Part shown: piece by piece, positions 29,147 through 38,551 of the stretch | Layout: each line of letters starts with the position of its first letter | Position numbering within the stretch: the first letter of the stretch is position 1 | IMG/VR virus record: IMGVR_UViG_3300031707_000001 | Coordinates: 146,733-210,732 of that record | Length of the DNA stretch: 64,000 bases | Reading direction: 5' to 3' (one strand) | Program-made: the position numbers and the translations under genes | Notes under the pieces: model-generated | Seen by the model: the letters and a program-made list of their open reading frames with translations, nothing else | Database searches by the model: none | Told to the model about the DNA's origin: nothing

Positions 29147-29533
29147 ATGAAAACAAAAATTCTAGTGTGGGCGTTAATGGCGTGTTTGGCTACTCCGGCA
29201 ATTGCGTATGATTGGTTGACAACTATGCAGGCACCGGTGGAGAATCGGCTTCTATCTATTGGTATATGCTCGTACAGCGAAAGTGCGCATCCTTTAGCTG
29301 CAGCCGCTTATTTCAACTTTTGTCCTCTTACTTTCTTCGATGATCATCTTCGTATTGGTGTTGGTATGCTTGGTGGCTACGATGATGGGGACGTGCTGTT
29401 CAAACTTCATACTTCCGTGAGTACTAGGATCTTTGATTCATTGGAGGTCGGTGTGTGGTATGCACCGTTTTGGGGCTTGTCCCGGTATGAAGATCCATAC
29501 GGCGTAATGGTTGGATACGTATTCAAACTCTAG
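29147..29533 (+). CDS. Secreted small outer-membrane beta-barrel-like protein
   Basis: Signal peptide ending AIA; amphipathic strands; C-terminal YGVMVGYVFKL. Confidence 0.5.
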   Translation: MKTKILVWALMACLATPAIAYDWLTTMQAPVENRLLSIGICSYSESAHPLAAAAYFNFCPLTFFDDHLRIGVGMLGGYDDGDVLFKLHTSVSTRIFDSLEVGVWYAPFWGLSRYEDPYGVMVGYVFKL

Positions 29534-29541
29534 GAGACGCT

Positions 29542-30360
29542 ATGAACTATAGACTTGGTTGGATACGAGACTTTGCAGACATCAGAGATTTTCACGTTAA
29601 ACACGAAGAGGTGCTGCCGTACAAGTTGGAAGAAGCACCGTTAGAGCCTGAATGTAAAATTGCAATCCTGCCGCCCATAAAGAACCAGGACCAACTCGGC
29701 AGTTGTACGGCGAACGCCGGCACCTACATGTACGAGACGTTTGCTTTGCAACTCCAAGGCGCCGGTACCGTTCCGGCTTTGAGTAGGTTGTTCCTGTACA
29801 AAGCTACTCGGAGATTGGAGGGGTCGAAAGGAGACACAGGTGCTCAACTTCGAGATACAATGAAGTCGTTGGTACTATTTGGACTTCCTCCTGAGTCATA
29901 TTGGCCGTACGACATCTCGAAGTTTGACAACGATCCTACTGCCTTTGAGTACAGTATGGCTCAAAACTACCAGGCTCAGACTTACTACCGGTTGGATCCA
30001 CAGGGCAAAGATGCAGAAAGCGTTATTGCTTCGATCAAGTTGAACTTAGCTGCTAATCGAGCCTGTATATTCGGCTTTACGGTCTATCACAACTGCATGA
30101 ATAACGGTAACGGAAACGTAAGGCTGCCCGGGCTCTTTGACTTCGTAGATGGCGGCCATGCCATATGTGCCGTAGGATATGACGATACTCGGGTTATCGA
30201 GGGATCTACAGGGGCCTTCATATTTGCCAATTCCTGGGGTACCGTCTGGGGAGATGCAGGTTTCGGTTATCTGCCCTACGATTACGTGCGAAAAGGCTTG
30301 GCCACCGACTGGTGGACCATGATGAATGGGGAATGGGTCAATTTGGACGTTTTCAAGTAA
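29542..30360 (+). CDS. Papain-like cysteine peptidase (C1 family)
   Basis: QDQLGSCTANA, GGHAICAVGYDD and ANSWGTVWGDAGFGYLPY catalytic motifs. Confidence 0.92.
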   Translation: MNYRLGWIRDFADIRDFHVKHEEVLPYKLEEAPLEPECKIAILPPIKNQDQLGSCTANAGTYMYETFALQLQGAGTVPALSRLFLYKATRRLEGSKGDTGAQLRDTMKSLVLFGLPPESYWPYDISKFDNDPTAFEYSMAQNYQAQTYYRLDPQGKDAESVIASIKLNLAANRACIFGFTVYHNCMNNGNGNVRLPGLFDFVDGGHAICAVGYDDTRVIEGSTGAFIFANSWGTVWGDAGFGYLPYDYVRKGLATDWWTMMNGEWVNLDVFK

Positions 30361-30479
30361 CAGACCTACATAGCCTAATTACCTGTTTCTAGGGCTTAGG
30401 AGCCCTTATAGGGGCTTTATTTCCATAGGTGGTGGTAAGATGCCTACCCCTAAATCTGGGGCTAAAACCGGTTATAATT

Positions 30480-30660
30480 AGGTGTAGAAGAACTAGCATT
30501 TGCCATATATGGGTCGTTAGCAGAATACGTGCTAATGCATAGGTACGAAAACACTCTGCGGCAGCCAACGTTGGAGTGACAAGTACCAAGGTCTTCAGCC
30601 ACTGGCTGGTGGAGCTGAATACCCGTTTCGACGCTTACCCGGCGTATAATCTCCTATCCT
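30480..30660 (+). ncRNA. Candidate multi-stem non-coding RNA
   Basis: TATAAT at 30473; stems TAGCAT/GTGCTA, GGTAC/GTACC, CACTCT/GGAGTG and TTCAGC/GCTGAA; ends can pair. Confidence 0.4.
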
Positions 30661-30661
30661 C

Positions 30662-32410
30662 CTAGAGTTTGATGGAGGCAAGAATATCCCGAGGATCAAT
30701 GTGGTCTATAGTTGGCGCCTCGCCCGACAGCGCTCTTTCTTTACCCAAGGCGTGGGCCGGTATGACATCTACCATTTCGCTATTCATCAGCTTCATGGCT
30801 ACCATAGAGGCAAAGCATAGTGCGTGGGCAAAGTCGTCTGGCCGGTTGGGGTTACGCATAAAATGCCGGTAGTCCATACCACCAGATTCTACGGCTTCTT
30901 CGTAGGGACTCAGCAGATCGGCGGTGTAGATATCGAACTCTTCTTTAGGTGGGAACTTCACCCGACCGTACCTGATAGCTAAAAAAAGAAGTTCCAGGGC
31001 TGTTGTTTTGTCCACTGTCCAACGAGTATGTCCCAACGTAGGGTTGTATGCCAGAAGGTGGTTCTGCCGGGTGTACATGATCTGGACAACAGGTAATCCA
31101 AAGCGTTGTTCCAGCATGACGTTCTGGGTAAACCCCACACCATAGTCTGCTGCCAAAATGCGGCAGTGATAGAAGTGATGTGCCTGGGCGACTTCGCTTA
31201 GAACGGTATCGGGGTCAAAGCCCACGAACCGGCGGGCCCAGAGGACATCCAGATTTCCGTCTGCTCGTACGCCAATGATCGTATGAACGGTAAATGAGTC
31301 TTGTTCGGCAACACCCCAGTCTATACCACCCACAGTGAAAATGTACTCATGCATCCGCTTCTGTAATTCCTTGATGCTGGGAAGCGTGCTGTTTCGATCG
31401 ATATCCTCTTGGGTGATAATGCGTGCGCCCAAGGAGCAGGAGATCCCCAGGATTTCCTGCATAACGATCGGAAGTGGAAGACGCAGTACTTTTCTAGTCA
31501 ATGTTGACCACTTGTATGGATCCTCCACAATGGCCGGCACGACTATTTGGGGAATGTGAAATCCTCGAAACAAGTGATGACGATCCGGATGGGCAGCCAC
31601 AAATTGTCCGTCCCTAACATTTAACAGTTTACCACATTTGATGCAGTGAACACCGTCACCTTGAATCATGTTGAGAACTTTGCCTTCAGTGTTTGGGATA
31701 TTCCAGAAATTACATGCTGGACACTTCATGACCCACTCACACATGGATGATTCTTCCCACAAGGATTCGATGGTGTTATCGGTTGTCTTGGCGGTCCCTG
31801 TGAATCGACGAACTCCCCAACTGGATGCTGTCAACGATTCCGAGATAATCGGAATGTTGTCAACCAACTGGTCCTGGATTTCATCAAAATCGATTCTATC
31901 TGCATAGATACCACGAGCTCGATCGCTTGAGGTTTTGGCATATGTAAGTTGTATGCCTGAACCGTTAGCGAAGCCGTGATTGTGGACGCTCTTGACGATC
32001 TTTGAGTCCGAAAGGACGTTTTCCAGTGATTGCCTTTGAAGCCAGTTTGCCATATGACAAGAAGCAATGGCTTCGTTCAGATACTGCGTGGAATAACGCT
32101 GTGTCTGGGCTTGCAGTGGCGCCACATACAACAGTTGCATATGGGGCACCATAATGAGATCCGCTATCTCGGAACGAGAAAGGTTCATTGTCTTACCGAT
32201 TTGCCGCCCACACATGAAAATAGTGTCCGGCACGTATTCGGGACTATACATTTCTCGAAATTGAGGCCAGCGGTCTAAACTATATGGTTGCCCACGCACT
32301 CGAAACAACAGTGGTAACAGGTCGGCCCGGTGTATGGTGGATTCCACCGTACATTCGGGATTCTGTAATACCTTTTCGAGGGAATCTAAATTAAGCGTGG
32401 GGTTATCCAT
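30662..32410 (-). CDS. terL: Terminase large subunit (GpA-like)
   Basis: Walker A GRQIGKT, Walker B IDFDEIQD, motif III FTGTAKT, Zn ribbon CPAC/CIKC, nuclease GIDWG and PDDFAHA. Confidence 0.9.
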   Translation of the reverse strand: MDNPTLNLDSLEKVLQNPECTVESTIHRADLLPLLFRVRGQPYSLDRWPQFREMYSPEYVPDTIFMCGRQIGKTMNLSRSEIADLIMVPHMQLLYVAPLQAQTQRYSTQYLNEAIASCHMANWLQRQSLENVLSDSKIVKSVHNHGFANGSGIQLTYAKTSSDRARGIYADRIDFDEIQDQLVDNIPIISESLTASSWGVRRFTGTAKTTDNTIESLWEESSMCEWVMKCPACNFWNIPNTEGKVLNMIQGDGVHCIKCGKLLNVRDGQFVAAHPDRHHLFRGFHIPQIVVPAIVEDPYKWSTLTRKVLRLPLPIVMQEILGISCSLGARIITQEDIDRNSTLPSIKELQKRMHEYIFTVGGIDWGVAEQDSFTVHTIIGVRADGNLDVLWARRFVGFDPDTVLSEVAQAHHFYHCRILAADYGVGFTQNVMLEQRFGLPVVQIMYTRQNHLLAYNPTLGHTRWTVDKTTALELLFLAIRYGRVKFPPKEEFDIYTADLLSPYEEAVESGGMDYRHFMRNPNRPDDFAHALCFASMVAMKLMNSEMVDVIPAHALGKERALSGEAPTIDHIDPRDILASIKL

Positions 32411-32438
32411 GGAGACATTAATCCAGAACTGGACCAAT

Positions 32439-32467
32439 TTGCTTGCGGGTTCGGTTCGTTGTATAGT
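32439..32467 (+). promoter_or_regulatory. Sigma70-type promoter for the early operon
   Basis: TTGCTT-17 bp-TATAGT. Confidence 0.6.
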
Positions 32468-32550
32468 ATCATACTTTCAGACCTTGGAATCTGCTTTGCA
32501 TATAGAGTATGCAAAAACAGGGCAGATGTCAATAAGGTGTTACCAGGAGT

Positions 32551-32748
32551 ATGAACTCAATGATAAGCAAGTCAGCGACACAATACCTGAGACTACGATA
32601 TACCCGAGATTTTCTGCGGGTCCTTCCGGACCTTCCCGAGACAGCGATGCCTCGGTACCAGGAGTCAATAAGTCTATCGCATCGCAGGGGACAAAAGCGG
32701 TTGAGCGTTTGGACGCAATACCGCAAACAACTATTGTGGACGCCATAG
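32551..32748 (+). CDS. Small basic hypothetical protein
   Basis: AGGAG RBS; stop codon abuts the next ATG. Confidence 0.5.
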   Translation: MNSMISKSATQYLRLRYTRDFLRVLPDLPETAMPRYQESISLSHRRGQKRLSVWTQYRKQLLWTP

Positions 32749-32877
32749 ATGATTGAGGTAACATTGGCCGGACTGGCCATCTACACCCTTTACAAGGTGC
32801 AGCTTCTGATGGCTAGGGTGGACCACGTCCTGCAGGAGGAGGCCAACAAAAACAATCCTCCTGAAACTAAACAATAA
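32749..32877 (+). CDS. 42-aa single-TM protein (not in ORF track)
   Basis: MIEVTLAGLAIYTLYKVQLLMARVDHVLQEEANKNNPPETKQ. Confidence 0.55.
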   Translation: MIEVTLAGLAIYTLYKVQLLMARVDHVLQEEANKNNPPETKQ

Positions 32878-32897
32878 GCAAACAATAAGGGGTACGT

Positions 32898-33092
32898 ATG
32901 CTTTTCGGATCAGTACTGGTGATCGGAGCATCGTTTTACTTCTTTCGTTTGATGAAGAACTATGAACGGCAATGGGAAGACTTGAAAAGGTCGACCGAGC
33001 AAAAGATTGCCGAGGCTGTGGAACTGGAGCAGAAGTGGGATGAAGAGAAAAGTCACACCGACGATCCGGAACCTACGCCAATAGAAGTCTAA
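32898..33092 (+). CDS. Small single-TM protein
   Basis: N-terminal hydrophobic helix, acidic tail. Confidence 0.65.
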   Translation: MLFGSVLVIGASFYFFRLMKNYERQWEDLKRSTEQKIAEAVELEQKWDEEKSHTDDPEPTPIEV

Positions 33093-33118
33093 CCATCATT
33101 CAATCGAAAGGGAAGACG

Positions 33119-33517
33119 ATGAGCAAAGGTGGATGGGCATTCTTAGGAGTCACTGCTCTCATGGCAGCCATGGACGGAGCGTTACTGGCAACACTTGCTG
33201 CGGCAGGTCTTGGCGTGGTGGCGTTTTCCATCTTGTGTCGCCAGGCCCACAAGCCGGGCGAGACATTGGCAAAGATTGAAGAACAGAAGATCCGTGATCG
33301 TGTCCTTGTTTGCAAGAACAAGGAAATGCGCAAACGTATGGACGAGGCAATCAAGCACGACTTGACTGACTTGTCGAAAGCCCGGGAGCTTGACAAATAC
33401 GGAGGACGTGAGGCCGCTAAATGGGCAGGAATAGGCATATTCGCCTGTCCTATCCTGGCAGTGGCATTGATCGCCCAACTTGTAATTGCCAAGCGTCGGG
33501 CAGAATTTGTGAAATAA
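33119..33517 (+). CDS. Membrane protein (about 3 TM)
   Basis: Hydrophobic N- and C-terminal segments. Confidence 0.65.
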   Translation: MSKGGWAFLGVTALMAAMDGALLATLAAAGLGVVAFSILCRQAHKPGETLAKIEEQKIRDRVLVCKNKEMRKRMDEAIKHDLTDLSKARELDKYGGREAAKWAGIGIFACPILAVALIAQLVIAKRRAEFVK

Positions 33518-33523
33518 GTGGCA

Positions 33524-33563
33524 AGCCGCCTGTGGGGTTAATTCCCTGCAGGCGGCTACTTTT
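33524..33563 (+). terminator. Intrinsic terminator
   Basis: AGCCGCCTGTGGGG...TTCCCTGCAGGCGGCT followed by ACTTTT. Confidence 0.75.
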
Positions 33564-33618
33564 CTGCTGGTAATTCGGTTCGCTCTTAGCTATCATAAAC
33601 ACAATCGAAAGGGATAAT

Positions 33619-34506
33619 ATGCCGAAAAGCGAAATCATAAACAAAGATCCATTCTGTGAAGTGCGCCTGGAGAATATCACCCACGGTGGGCACAAGACGG
33701 ACAAATTCCTAATCGCCCTTCAACATCCTGAAGCTCCTGAGACGTTTCTGGAAATTCCGGGCGTTGGAACCGTCCACAGCGCCGACTATACGCTTGTGAC
33801 CAACAAACAAGTTCACGACATGGCCAGCCAGGTCATCGTTGATTCCCACATGACATTTGAACCCGTCCCAACCTGGGGTGAGGGACATTCCAAGAATCTT
33901 TATTGGAACGGTCGTCGTTTCAGCGAGAAGTGGTTCTGCAAGGATACGGCCGTTGCCGTGCCTGGCGGTTCGTCCATGATGCTGGGAATGGAAGTTACGA
34001 ACAGTTACGACGGCAGCGCCAAAGTGGGCTTGGCCTTCTTTGCCATGCATGTTGCCTGTTCGAACCAATTCTATAGCTGCAACATGATGGGTCAACCCTT
34101 CGAGTTTCCACACGTCAACCGTGGTGGTAAACTGGAAGAGGATATTGGTGATGCTATGCTGCAGATTCAGGAAAAAGCCAGTACCTTTGGCAAGATCGTT
34201 CCGAATATCAAGCGTATGCAGGAGACCCACGTTGCGTCGTTCAAAGGTTTCCTGAACTTGCGTAAAGAGCTTACGACTACGACTGGCGTAGAGATTCGGG
34301 ACAAACAGTTGCTGGATGAATTGTCCGGAGAAGGCATTACCAGTGAATTGAAAATGCACGATGTACATTACAAAGATCCTTCTAGTTATTGGGATATTGC
34401 CAACGCTTATACGGCGGTGACAACCCACTTGGTTTGTGGGCCAAGAGGTAGTGATCATTCACAGCGGGTGGTGGACTTCTTACTAAAGAGGGCCATTGCA
34501 GCGTAG
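33619..34506 (+). CDS. DUF932-like phage protein
   Basis: HSADYTLVTN, VTNSYDGS, VACSNQ and WDIANAYTAVTTH motifs. Confidence 0.75.
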   Translation: MPKSEIINKDPFCEVRLENITHGGHKTDKFLIALQHPEAPETFLEIPGVGTVHSADYTLVTNKQVHDMASQVIVDSHMTFEPVPTWGEGHSKNLYWNGRRFSEKWFCKDTAVAVPGGSSMMLGMEVTNSYDGSAKVGLAFFAMHVACSNQFYSCNMMGQPFEFPHVNRGGKLEEDIGDAMLQIQEKASTFGKIVPNIKRMQETHVASFKGFLNLRKELTTTTGVEIRDKQLLDELSGEGITSELKMHDVHYKDPSSYWDIANAYTAVTTHLVCGPRGSDHSQRVVDFLLKRAIAA

Positions 34507-34515
34507 TTAAACGTC

Positions 34516-34546
34516 GGGAGTGGGGCTCATTGCCCCACTCCCTTTT
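34516..34546 (+). terminator. Intrinsic terminator
   Basis: GGGAGTGGGGC-TCATT-GCCCCACTCCC-TTTT. Confidence 0.85.
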
Positions 34547-34557
34547 ATGGAGGTCGC

Positions 34558-34998
34558 ATGCACGCAATTTTACATCTTACAGTGTCTGATGATATAATCA
34601 TCGACCCAGCTACTACCAAACAGCCAGCTGTTGTTCGTAAGGTCGATATAGTGGATAAGATGGAACTCAATATCGATGTTGTCTACGAGGAATTCAAACG
34701 AGCGTGGAGTAGTTCTGTGGCAGCTACACTCGGCTCATTGTTCGAACACGCTTTTGATAAATTCGAAACAGCTGCCAAAACTGCTATAGCGATCGCTCAA
34801 GAAGAAAAGATGGCTGCTGCAGAAAAGGCGGCGGCTGAAGCCAAGGCAGATGCAGCCAAGAAATTGACTGAAGGCGTGGCGCCTAAGGAAGAAGTGAAAG
34901 TGGCAACTGCAATTGAAGTTGCAACTTCTACGAAAAAGGAACCAACAGCAGTACAACCAACGCCTGCTGCACCGAAAACGCAATCGAAGGATAAGTAA
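34558..34998 (+). CDS. Hypothetical protein with Ala/Lys/Glu-rich tail
   Basis: GGAGG RBS. Confidence 0.65.
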   Translation: MHAILHLTVSDDIIIDPATTKQPAVVRKVDIVDKMELNIDVVYEEFKRAWSSSVAATLGSLFEHAFDKFETAAKTAIAIAQEEKMAAAEKAAAEAKADAAKKLTEGVAPKEEVKVATAIEVATSTKKEPTAVQPTPAAPKTQSKDK

Positions 34999-35001
34999 CA
35001 A

Positions 35002-35628
35002 ATGGCAGAGTCAGTTCAACGCAAGTGTCCCAAATGCGGGGAACTTCGGGATTTACATCTTTTCGAATACAACCCGAAAACCGGCCGCAGAAATTACTCG
35101 TGCGCCTTCTGCAAACAGCAGAAAGTCAATCTTCCGTGGGATTGGGCTTGTGCCCTCCGGAAGTCGACTCGGATGCATGTTGGCAAAGCGCAAGGCAGGG
35201 AAGGCAAGTACTTCGATGCCCTGGACGAGGATATGATCCGGGCGTTGATGAGGGCACAGGGCAATAAGTGTGCATTGACTCAAGCTGTTTTGCAATTGCC
35301 TTCCTCTGACCAACTCAAAGTACTCTCCTCTGACAAGACAGGTAATAACGTCACGCTGACGGCGTGGAAAGCAACCTTACCGCCTCATCTACAGAAATTC
35401 GTGCCCGTTGTTGTTAGAGTAAGCACGGAAGGCTCCTGGATTCCTGGCAACGTTGTTATCATATGCGATTATCTAAAGGAATTCTACGAGGCTGCCGGAA
35501 ATATTGGTTTGCTTCAGGATTGCTGCAAATTGATCATGAGCAATACACCTATGTCAGTTCCTCAAAAGGTGTTTCTGGACAAGATACGTCAGGACATCCT
35601 TGAGGAGAATTTGAAAGCCAATTTATGA
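35002..35628 (+). CDS. Zn-finger protein resembling a degenerate His-Me endonuclease
   Basis: CPKC...CAFC; QGNKCALT...GSWIPGNVVIIC. Confidence 0.5.
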   Translation: MAESVQRKCPKCGELRDLHLFEYNPKTGRRNYSCAFCKQQKVNLPWDWACALRKSTRMHVGKAQGREGKYFDALDEDMIRALMRAQGNKCALTQAVLQLPSSDQLKVLSSDKTGNNVTLTAWKATLPPHLQKFVPVVVRVSTEGSWIPGNVVIICDYLKEFYEAAGNIGLLQDCCKLIMSNTPMSVPQKVFLDKIRQDILEENLKANL

Positions 35629-36128
35629 ACCCCCATGCTTATCTGTTCGTCGACGGCTCGTCGTCACGGAAGGACGATGTCGGCGCCTGGGCAGCAATAG
35701 CTGCAACGGCTACACAACGTAAAGTACTTTATGGGCTTTCCTATCCGACAACTATTAGTCGTATGGAACTCACACCAATCATTGAAGGGTTACGGTGGAT
35801 GCGAAAGAACTGGTCCAGAGAGTCGCCAGGTTTTCGAGTTACCGTGACGTCGGATTCTGAATATACCGTAAAGACATTGTGCGGGCTATATCCCAGGCAC
35901 AAGAACGAAGATCTTTGGCATGCTTACGATGAGATAGCCAAAGGTATGCAAATCAAGTTCATATGGCGGGAACGCAATAGTCTCGACTATATGGAATTCT
36001 GCGACGGCATCTGCAACTCGTTGCGGAGAACCGTTATTGACTCCCTTACGAAAGCGATAGGGGACGCCCGAAATTTAGAACAGCTGATACCAATTAGCAC
36101 ATTGCAAGAGGAGACAGAAAAAGTATGA
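35625..36128 (+). CDS. rnhA: Ribonuclease HI-like
   Basis: FVDGS, RMELTPIIEGL, SDSEY, KNEDLW and CD acidic tetrad. Confidence 0.88.
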   Translation: MNPHAYLFVDGSSSRKDDVGAWAAIAATATQRKVLYGLSYPTTISRMELTPIIEGLRWMRKNWSRESPGFRVTVTSDSEYTVKTLCGLYPRHKNEDLWHAYDEIAKGMQIKFIWRERNSLDYMEFCDGICNSLRRTVIDSLTKAIGDARNLEQLIPISTLQEETEKV

Positions 36129-36871
36129 GTTTTCTTACACCGCTACGACACCGAGAACCGGCATATACATTGGAAGATCAAATAGCGAACTTTTGTTATG
36201 CACGTAAAGCCGACGGTTCGATAGCTAACTATGATGATAATCGAGCGTCTCGTACACGTACGGACTTTAGTCTTTATACTCGACAGTATATAGCAGGTCC
36301 AAGAAGTCCCGAAGTGTCATTCCATATAATTACTACCTTAGAGGGGCATGTTTATTGTATTGCCAATGGCACGCTGGATGTTGAGGTCAAACAAAAGCTG
36401 ACACAGTATGATGTGACTAAGTGGTCGCTACTTCAAAATTTGAATTTGACACCAGACGATATTTGGATACCCGAGAACGAGTCGTTTATTGAGGATACAT
36501 TAAGTGTCAATAAAATGTGGGGGTGGGGCAATTGGAATTCTACTTTAATCATACAAAATTGGGTTCCAGAAGACGGACGAGTCTATTCTGTGGTAATGGG
36601 TACTTGTGATCTCGTGTTACAGCATAGACTCAATCAGCAAGCAAATCGTCAAGTTGGTGATGAACTTAAAGGCAAGGTCATTTTGGATCTGCGTATCGGA
36701 ACCAGAATCTATGGTGAGGATATTAGCAAGTCAGAAATATTATTACCTATACTATTGCAAAAAGCTACTGACATAGGTGCAACAAAGACATTGTTGACAA
36801 AAGAGCAAAACGGAACGCCCAGAACACCGGAGCAAATTCAACACGATTTAGCAACCAAAGGTATTGTTTGA
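36125..36871 (+). CDS. Hypothetical protein
   Basis: ATGA-coupled 248-aa ORF. Confidence 0.65.
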   Translation: MSFLTPLRHREPAYTLEDQIANFCYARKADGSIANYDDNRASRTRTDFSLYTRQYIAGPRSPEVSFHIITTLEGHVYCIANGTLDVEVKQKLTQYDVTKWSLLQNLNLTPDDIWIPENESFIEDTLSVNKMWGWGNWNSTLIIQNWVPEDGRVYSVVMGTCDLVLQHRLNQQANRQVGDELKGKVILDLRIGTRIYGEDISKSEILLPILLQKATDIGATKTLLTKEQNGTPRTPEQIQHDLATKGIV

Positions 36872-36874
36872 AAT

Positions 36875-37969
36875 ATGAAAATCGTACACACTGCGGATCA
36901 TCACCTGGGCTATCGCCAGTATGGCTTTGCCCAGCGAGAAGAAGACTTCATGAAAGCCTTCCGCCACGTCATTGAGCGTGCCGTGGCGTTGAAAGCAAAT
37001 ATGATCATTATTGCTGGTGATCTCTTTGATATACCTAAGCCAGCCGCTTACGTGGTACAGGGCGTATGTGAAGCCATAGCTTATGCTAAGGCGGCCGGAC
37101 TGTACATAGCTGGCATTGACGGCAATCACGACGTTACCAGCGGTAATTGGTTAAAGGTCTGTGGCATTAACGATCTTGAAACCAGTGAAAAAGAGCCCCG
37201 CAGCTATAGCTATATGGGTGTTACGATCGCAGCGCTGCCATATTTGCGTCCGACCGTATTCAAAGATCGTCTGAAGAAAATGGCGGATGCCGGTATTAAG
37301 GCCGAGGTCTTTGTCATGCATCAAGCCGTAGCCGAGATGGCTGATTTTGCCGCACAGGAGATTACGCTTATGGAGATTGCTCCGTGGTTGAATCAAATGG
37401 GCGTACGGTATGTAGCTATGGGTGACATCCACAACTACAAGGAAATGGAATTCGCCGGCATTCGCTTTGTCTATGCTGGATCCACTGAGGTATGTGCCAT
37501 CGACGAACACAGGGACAAGAGTTTCTCGATCGTTGAATTTGGTGCACACAATGCAATGACGACGGCAACAGAACCTATACCGATTCGCCCCGTTGTGGAA
37601 CGCTACCTACAATCGGAAAAGGACCTGGACGAGTTGCTGGTGCAGCTTGCCGGCGATCCTTTGGCCATTCTGTGGTACGAGCCGGAAAAGGCGGATCTTG
37701 CCAGACGGGCAGAAGCCCTGCTCCTCGACAAGAAGATCCTTCATCGGATTTGTCCCACGGCAGCAAAGAGCCTGGCTACGATTACAGCACAACTGAATCG
37801 TGAGCAGCTTGAACGAAAGGGCGCCCTCATACGATTGAAGGATGCTGTGAATGCATTCTTCGAAGACAACAGTGAGCAACAAGAACTCATATACCAGTTA
37901 TTGAATACTCCAGATGCAGTGGAAAATACAGTAAAAGCATATCTATCGTCCAAAGGGGTACTACCATGA
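36875..37969 (+). CDS. sbcD: SbcD/Mre11-like nuclease
   Basis: ADHHLG, AGDLFD, GNHD, MHQ, GDIH and YAGS motifs. Confidence 0.92.
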   Translation: MKIVHTADHHLGYRQYGFAQREEDFMKAFRHVIERAVALKANMIIIAGDLFDIPKPAAYVVQGVCEAIAYAKAAGLYIAGIDGNHDVTSGNWLKVCGINDLETSEKEPRSYSYMGVTIAALPYLRPTVFKDRLKKMADAGIKAEVFVMHQAVAEMADFAAQEITLMEIAPWLNQMGVRYVAMGDIHNYKEMEFAGIRFVYAGSTEVCAIDEHRDKSFSIVEFGAHNAMTTATEPIPIRPVVERYLQSEKDLDELLVQLAGDPLAILWYEPEKADLARRAEALLLDKKILHRICPTAAKSLATITAQLNREQLERKGALIRLKDAVNAFFEDNSEQQELIYQLLNTPDAVENTVKAYLSSKGVLP

Positions 37970-38241
37970 ACACAGAAAGCCTAATTGCAATGGCAAAAGA
38001 CTATGACGTCGACTATGATGCAGTGAGTGTAGCAGCAATTGCTACTGTACTGACACGACGTAGCGGTGAGAAAAAGGATCTGAGAACGCTATTTGACAAC
38101 CTCCAGCGCATTCTGGACACAGATGAACTGGTCGATGTAGTCAAATGGGGTACATGGGTAAAACACGCAAACAAGGAGGATCTGCAAGGCAAGACAGCTC
38201 AAGAGCTAATGGCTTTGCAGAAAGAAACAGCCTATGCCTAA
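37966..38241 (+). CDS. Hypothetical protein
   Basis: Coupled ORF. Confidence 0.6.
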   Translation: MNTESLIAMAKDYDVDYDAVSVAAIATVLTRRSGEKKDLRTLFDNLQRILDTDELVDVVKWGTWVKHANKEDLQGKTAQELMALQKETAYA

Positions 38242-38551
38242 AACATCCAAAACAAGCACAAGAAAGACAGTCATTCTGGGAGGATACGGAGCGCAGGTAC
38301 ATGCCGAGCGAGATGCTCAGGAATTCATGCGCCCGGATGTCTTCCAGTACAAGACAGCCTTCTTTGCCAACCCTATCAACTTTGGCATTGAAGCCAAGGT
38401 GACCAAGGCGGAAGCAATCAAGGTAGATAAACCCGATAGTCCGCTCTATCCGTGGGGCGTCAAGATGACAGTCAGTGCCAAAGGACCGAAAGCGGTGAAC
38501 TGGATGACTGACTTCGAAAACCGCATTCGGATACATCGGGTCAACAGATGA
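38234..38551 (+). CDS. Hypothetical protein
   Basis: Coupled ORF overlapping both neighbours. Confidence 0.6.
   Translation: MPKTSKTSTRKTVILGGYGAQVHAERDAQEFMRPDVFQYKTAFFANPINFGIEAKVTKAEAIKVDKPDSPLYPWGVKMTVSAKGPKAVNWMTDFENRIRIHRVNR

Noticed and set aside
32334-32756. 140-aa plus-strand ORF
   Set aside because: It overlaps terL and the promoter; the 32551 frame has the better RBS and coupling.
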